From the human T2T-CHM13v2.0 reference genome, Homo sapiens: a stretch of DNA of 64,000 bases. The stretch lies in NCBI RefSeq assembly GCF_009914755.1, contig NC_060941.1; one strand, given 5' to 3'. How positions within the stretch are numbered: position 1 is the stretch's first letter; each line of letters starts with the position of its first letter. A program made the position numbers and the translations under genes. Below are positions 57,619 to 64,000 of this stretch, piece after piece. A model generated the notes under the pieces. That model saw only the letters and a program-made list of their open reading frames with translations. It did no database searches and had not been told where the DNA came from.

Positions 57619-58586
57619 GGCCAACTGCGGCGGGAGGCCCTGAAGATGCAGTCCCCCACCTGTGTCCTCCCTGGGCCCCTGGTGGAAAGGAGCCCTGTGG
57701 CTGCCTTGGGCCTGCCCTCAGCCCCACTCCTGTTCTGCAACTGTCCCCACAGGAAGGGGCTCTGTTCCCTGTATTGTCCTCCTTCTGAAGCCCCTTGGCT
57801 CTGCCTTGGCCCTTCCCCTCACCACGAGCTCCCGGCCTGCCCAGACTGTGGACACTGGCCGTGCCCAATGAGACGTTCTAAACCAGGACGCGTGGGAACC
57901 CTTATTTCCAAAGGAAAAACATGCATTTCACTCCGTCGAGGAGCAAAGTGAGCCCCTACCCCCCACCCCGATCCCCGCTCCCAACACTGCCGGAGTCGCG
58001 TCATGCCATGCCCCCTCTCCTGCACCTCCCTGGCCCTGCCGGCCACTGTGGACGCCCTGGGGCTTGGCACCCACCTCTGGAGAAACTCGGGGCCACCTCC
58101 ACTCCATGTGCCCAGCCCCGCCACAACCTCTCCTCCAGCACATTCCAGCTCTATTTAAAAAGTAAAGACACCCACCGACTCCTGATCCCCCTCTTTTTCT
58201 ATGGAGAACGTTGCCTTATACTCTCTACTTCAGATGATGAACACTGTGTACTGTGTGTGCTTTAAAGAAGTTTTATTTAATTGCTCCCTTCTTCCTTTCC
58301 TTGTTATTCACCTCCCTGATGCCTGCTTTCAGTTGAGGGTTGGGGGCAATGATGAGCATATGAATTTTTTCTCACTCTAGCAATTCCCTTTTCTAAATGA
58401 CACAGCATTTAAACTCAAATCTGGATTCAGATAACAGCACCTGCACATCCTGCACCTCCTCCCTCTCCCTTCACCTCACCCCTGCCCGGCCCAAGCTCTA
58501 CTTGTGTACAGTGTATATTGTATAATAGACAATTGTGTCTACTACATGTTTAAAAACACATTGCTTGTTATTTTTGAGGCTTTTAA

Positions 58587-58592
58587 ATTAAA
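58587..58592 (+). terminator. Variant poly(A) signal ATTAAA (proximal, candidate)
   Basis: Three TGTA motifs upstream (58505, 58512, 58519) and a T/GT-rich tract downstream. Confidence 0.5.
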
Positions 58593-58720
58593 CAAAAATC
58601 CAACTTTATTTTTAGTTGTAACTGCTTGAGGTATGTTTTATGAATTAAGTGACAGATTTGTTATCCTTTATTAACGTACTTTGTTGGTCAGCACTGGGCT
58701 GACAAAAATTTTTTCTTGCT

Positions 58721-58726
58721 AATAAA
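58721..58726 (+). terminator. Canonical polyadenylation signal AATAAA (distal)
   Basis: First AATAAA after the stop codon; U/GU-rich sequence downstream. Confidence 0.85.
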
Positions 58727-60848
58727 TTTAGTTGCCTGAGGCAAAATCTTCAACTTGGCAGTTCGGCTTCCTTTGTCTTTTCCCTTGGAGAGCTCGGAGA
58801 GGGGACTCCAGAGGAGGGAGCTGTGGTCTCTCAGAGCGATCCACACTGGGACCAAGGTAGGACCTTGCCCTCCTGACCCTCGGCAAACCCAAGCCACATG
58901 CCCAAAAGGGGCCGCGGCCACATATACCTCATGACACTGGCACGAGCCCCCAGAGCACCTCCAAGGGCCAGGGCCCAATGCAGGTGTTCCTGCCTTTTTC
59001 TTCTGTAAGCCAGTTTTGCCTGTACACAAAGCAGATACGAAGAGCCAAGTTACAGCAGTGACCTCAGCCAGCAACTTAGCTCTTCCACCCACCTCCCCAA
59101 CCCCTGGAGGAAGGCACTGGCCTCAGAGCCCATTAATAAGAAGCTTAGAGAGGAGAGCCAATGGGGCCTTGGCTCAGTCCCCTCCAGAAGGCTACAGTCT
59201 GGCAACAATGCATTTCCCCAAGGGCCAAGGTCCCTTCCCAAAGTGAAGGGCGAGGCAGGTTCCTGGGAGGGCTTGGCAGCTAGAGAGGCCTGGAGCCCAG
59301 CTGCACCCGATAGAGGACTCTGGCCACAGATACTGGTTCCTTCTATATCGCCTGCCCAGTAACCCAGAGAGGACAAGAAGTTGATTGTGCCTTTTGGTTT
59401 TAGCAGATGCTACAAATCTGAAATTTTGGTGGGGATTTGTTTTGCTTTGTTTTGCAGAGCTAATAGGAACTCAGGGGTTGCGATGTTGTGCAGATTAAGA
59501 TTGGAGCTAGCTCAGTACATGTGTTTAAGCCCCACAGGGCCCTGAAGAGCATCCGGCCTGAAGAGACAGGCAAGTCCGCCTCAAGCATGTAAAGGACAGC
59601 ATGTGCTTTCACTCACCCTCGAAAGGACACAGCTGGGATTGCTGTTCTGTTCAGGAGTGGCAAGGCTCGTTTTGAGCTATCCATTCCCCTGCTCTGTTCC
59701 CTTTGTCACCAGCCACCTGTGTCTGCCAGCAAACAGCTTTTCCTTAGAGCCAGTCAACCCTCAAATGGCTGAAAAAGTAAAAAGCCCACAGATCTCAGAT
59801 GGATCCAGGTTCTCTGCCCTTTCCCTCTTCTTTGTTAACAAGCAGGGGCCTTTCCTATCCCTACGGAAGTCGTTTGGGCAATACTAGACCACCAGCTGAA
59901 TCTACCTTGACACAGAAGCCTCTTCCTCAGCCCCTCAGCTCTGCATCTCATCACCGCACTGGCAGCAGGTGGAAGACATGAGGTGTATTTATTCCTCATG
60001 CGTGGACTGCATGACTAGAAAACTGCCTTGCTGCATTCTGAATAAGGGGATTGGTGGAGAGAAGGGGAATATTAACAAAGTGACCTCTTTTTGCCACGTT
60101 TCCCTTGGCTTTGCTCTCAGGCACAAAGAATGATCCTTTCCTGGGAGCTGATTTCAAGCCATGTGCTTTATGCTTCCAGTACAGAAACTGACCTGACTCC
60201 CCAGCATCATTTGGAAATGAAGGTGCCAGCCCCAAGTTGGGCAGGATGAGCATTTCCCATGTAGGATTTCCCTTCTCCAGTGAGATGGGGGTTCAAAAGT
60301 TATGTCTGATCATCTCTGCCTCCCTTGGGATGGCTAAGAGCGAGAGAATGTATTCTGCCTAGCTGAGTGATGGCACAAGGAAAGCACAGAAAGACTTGTG
60401 GGCAAATTAACCCTCCTCTGGCTTTAACCTATCCATTATTTGAGAGTTGCAGGGGAACTGTTGAAGGTGTGATGCAGTCTAAGCTCACCCTAGGCAAGAG
60501 GCTCCCACAGACACCTGATCCTGATGGGCCCTTGATGAAAATCTGGGTGCAGCTCAAGGGTAGGGGCCCCACATGTGTAGTTCCTCCTCTGTCCTCTACT
60601 GTCCCCAGCGTCATGTGCACCAAAGCCCATCCCTCATGCCCTTCCTCTCTGTCCAGCTGACACTTGGCATTGTGCTCATTATCCCAGAGCCTAGGATTCC
60701 ATGCCTGGAAGAAAGAGGGACTGGGCAGGATTTCCCTCCCAAAGGCAAATCCAGGCATTATATGTACTTTTTTTTTTTTCTTTAACAAAACCAGCAAATG
60801 GGTCTTCCTTGCCCTTCCTTCAGACCACCCAGTCCATTTTTACAATCA

Positions 60849-61214
<366 letters not shown>

Positions 61215-62127
61215 TTACAGCCTGCCACACGACATATTTTGAGGAAGACAGGATGGAGCAAGATAAGGGTTCAGATCTATCCCCAAGCCCAGGGTAGGTG
61301 TGTAGGAGCCCTGAGCGGATGGATGAAAGCTGTCCTGGTCTGAGTGCAGAGAATGGGGTGTTCGGGTTCTCCATTTGAGTCTTCCACTGCCCAAACCTGA
61401 GGCCCCTTTAAGGTTGCCCCTTAAAGTTGCCACACCCAGAAATTGGGCCAAAGAAGTTAAGCTGTTGATTATTTCAATTCTGAATAAAAATGAAGGCATC
61501 TTCTCTGCCTTCTAAGGCCTGGTCTGATCTTGGCTCCTTCATCACTAGAACCTTCCTGAGCAGTGGTCTGGGACCCCTCGCCTTCCTCCCTCCACCTGTG
61601 TTTCAGAGCCCTCCTAGTCAGCATGGGCTTCACCTCAAACCCCACTACTATTCTCTCTTCTTCCTGGGGTTCACCTCAAGCCCCACTGCTATTCAACCCC
61701 CCTCTTTCTCTTCAGCTTCAAAATAGACTCCCGCATGTACCTTGATTAAACACAGGCCCACTGCAACCCCAGTGCCCCAGGGACGAGGAGGGAAACTGTT
61801 TTTAACCATAAGGAAAACAAAGCAAGTACTGTGGTCAATGTCAGTGACCCTCTGCTTAGGGCAAATATTGGAGTGTGTGACTGCAAAACTGGGACATCCA
61901 CCCCCGACTACAGGGGGTGCCCCTATTCTGCTTCGGCCAGTTGATGGTATGTGAGAATGCAAACTCTTGTGATTTTTGTAAGAGAACCCAGAAATGTGGA
62001 GTTTGGGGTGGAATCTGATCTTTCCATGTTTGCTCAATTGTTTAAAAATACAGCAGGACCAGTTTCAGTGCTTGAGCTACCAGTTTTTGACTTCTGCATC
62101 ATCCATCCCCTCTTCCCTGGCCAGTGA

Positions 62128-62643
<516 letters not shown>

Positions 62644-63410
62644 TCCCCAAACAGTTTAACCTGCTGCCCAAGAGATTATCAAAGTGGAAGGACTCAACTG
62701 TCCAAAGCAAGTGGGACAGCCCCTAGGGGTTAGACCACTGGCCTCAGTGTCCAAAGGCTCAAGCACCTGTTGCTTCTGCTTCTTCCCCTGCCTGTAAGGG
62801 GTGAACAGCGTTCTCAGTTCCTCTCGTGCACCAGGCCCCTGACACACTGACCTTTCCTAGAGGACCTTAGACCAGCACTGACCCCTCCAGTGAGCAGGCA
62901 AACGGCTTTTCATGGTGGCAGTGTCAGCAAGAATGTGTTGCCCAATAGTGAAAGAACAGGCTGCAGACCCCCAGGAGAAGTAGTGGAGCATCCATTGTGT
63001 CATCAGCCTGGGCTTTTCAGGTGACATCTGTGGCAGCTCTGCAGACTGCAGTTGCGTGATGTACACACCTGAGTTTGGGGTCAGCTCTACCTTAGGTCCA
63101 CTGCTGTCCTGCAGGACAGTAAGAGGGCCTGGTCCCCAGTCATTAATCTTGACATTGTCTCAGTCTCTTCCTAATTTCCAGTCCTAGAAAAGCTTGGCCA
63201 TGATGTTGACTGGACACAGACCCCTCTGCAGAGTCAGAGGGGGCTAGATCCACCCCCTACAGCAATGCCCACACCAGGGTCCCATGAGGCGTGTGTCTTC
63301 TACACTGTCCTCCCATAGGCAGGCGGTCTTATTCAGCACAGCAGGGCCACCTACCCCATGCCAGGGAGCTTTTAGGGAGACAAGCCCAAAGTTTAATAGA
63401 ACTGTCATGA

Positions 63411-63982
<572 letters not shown>

Positions 63983-64000
63983 TTAAGTTGAGGGGACCTG

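Larger units (their letters stand above)
57619..58746 (+). other. SP2: SP2 3' UTR
   Basis: Repeat-free stretch from the stop codon to about 20 nt past AATAAA (58721); AU-rich distal half. Confidence 0.85.

Overview
Human (primate) genomic DNA, very Alu-rich, holding the complete SP2 gene (Sp/KLF-family C2H2 zinc-finger transcription factor) on the + strand. I reconstructed 7 coding exons from splice signals: 26077-26083, 45106-45182, 45950-46924, 52763-53075, 54721-54895, 55150-55343 and 57518-57618. They total 1842 nt = 613 aa + stop. The gene has a CCAAT-rich CpG-island promoter at about 25.6-26.7 kb and poly(A) signals at 58587 and 58721. The first 25 kb is intergenic and regulatory: from recollection it lies toward SP6 on chr17q21, but no SP6 coding sequence is in the window. 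It contains a second CpG island, enhancer-like motif clusters and a perfect CTCF site. Most other ORFs in the track are Alu, low-complexity or GC-rich artefacts. I see no new protein-coding system. The most interesting signals cluster at the SP2 5' end and could together control which N-terminus is made: a Met-Ser-stop uORF overlapping the start codon (TAATG), a stronger downstream Met8 start, a GC-AG intron competing with an in-frame GT donor, and candidate micro/poison exons in intron 1. Also notable are an inverted pair of TALE/NF-Y composite elements, a spliceable divergent lncRNA, local duplications in intron 3 and a very young AluY. Repeat boundaries are approximate and subfamily calls were made by eye.
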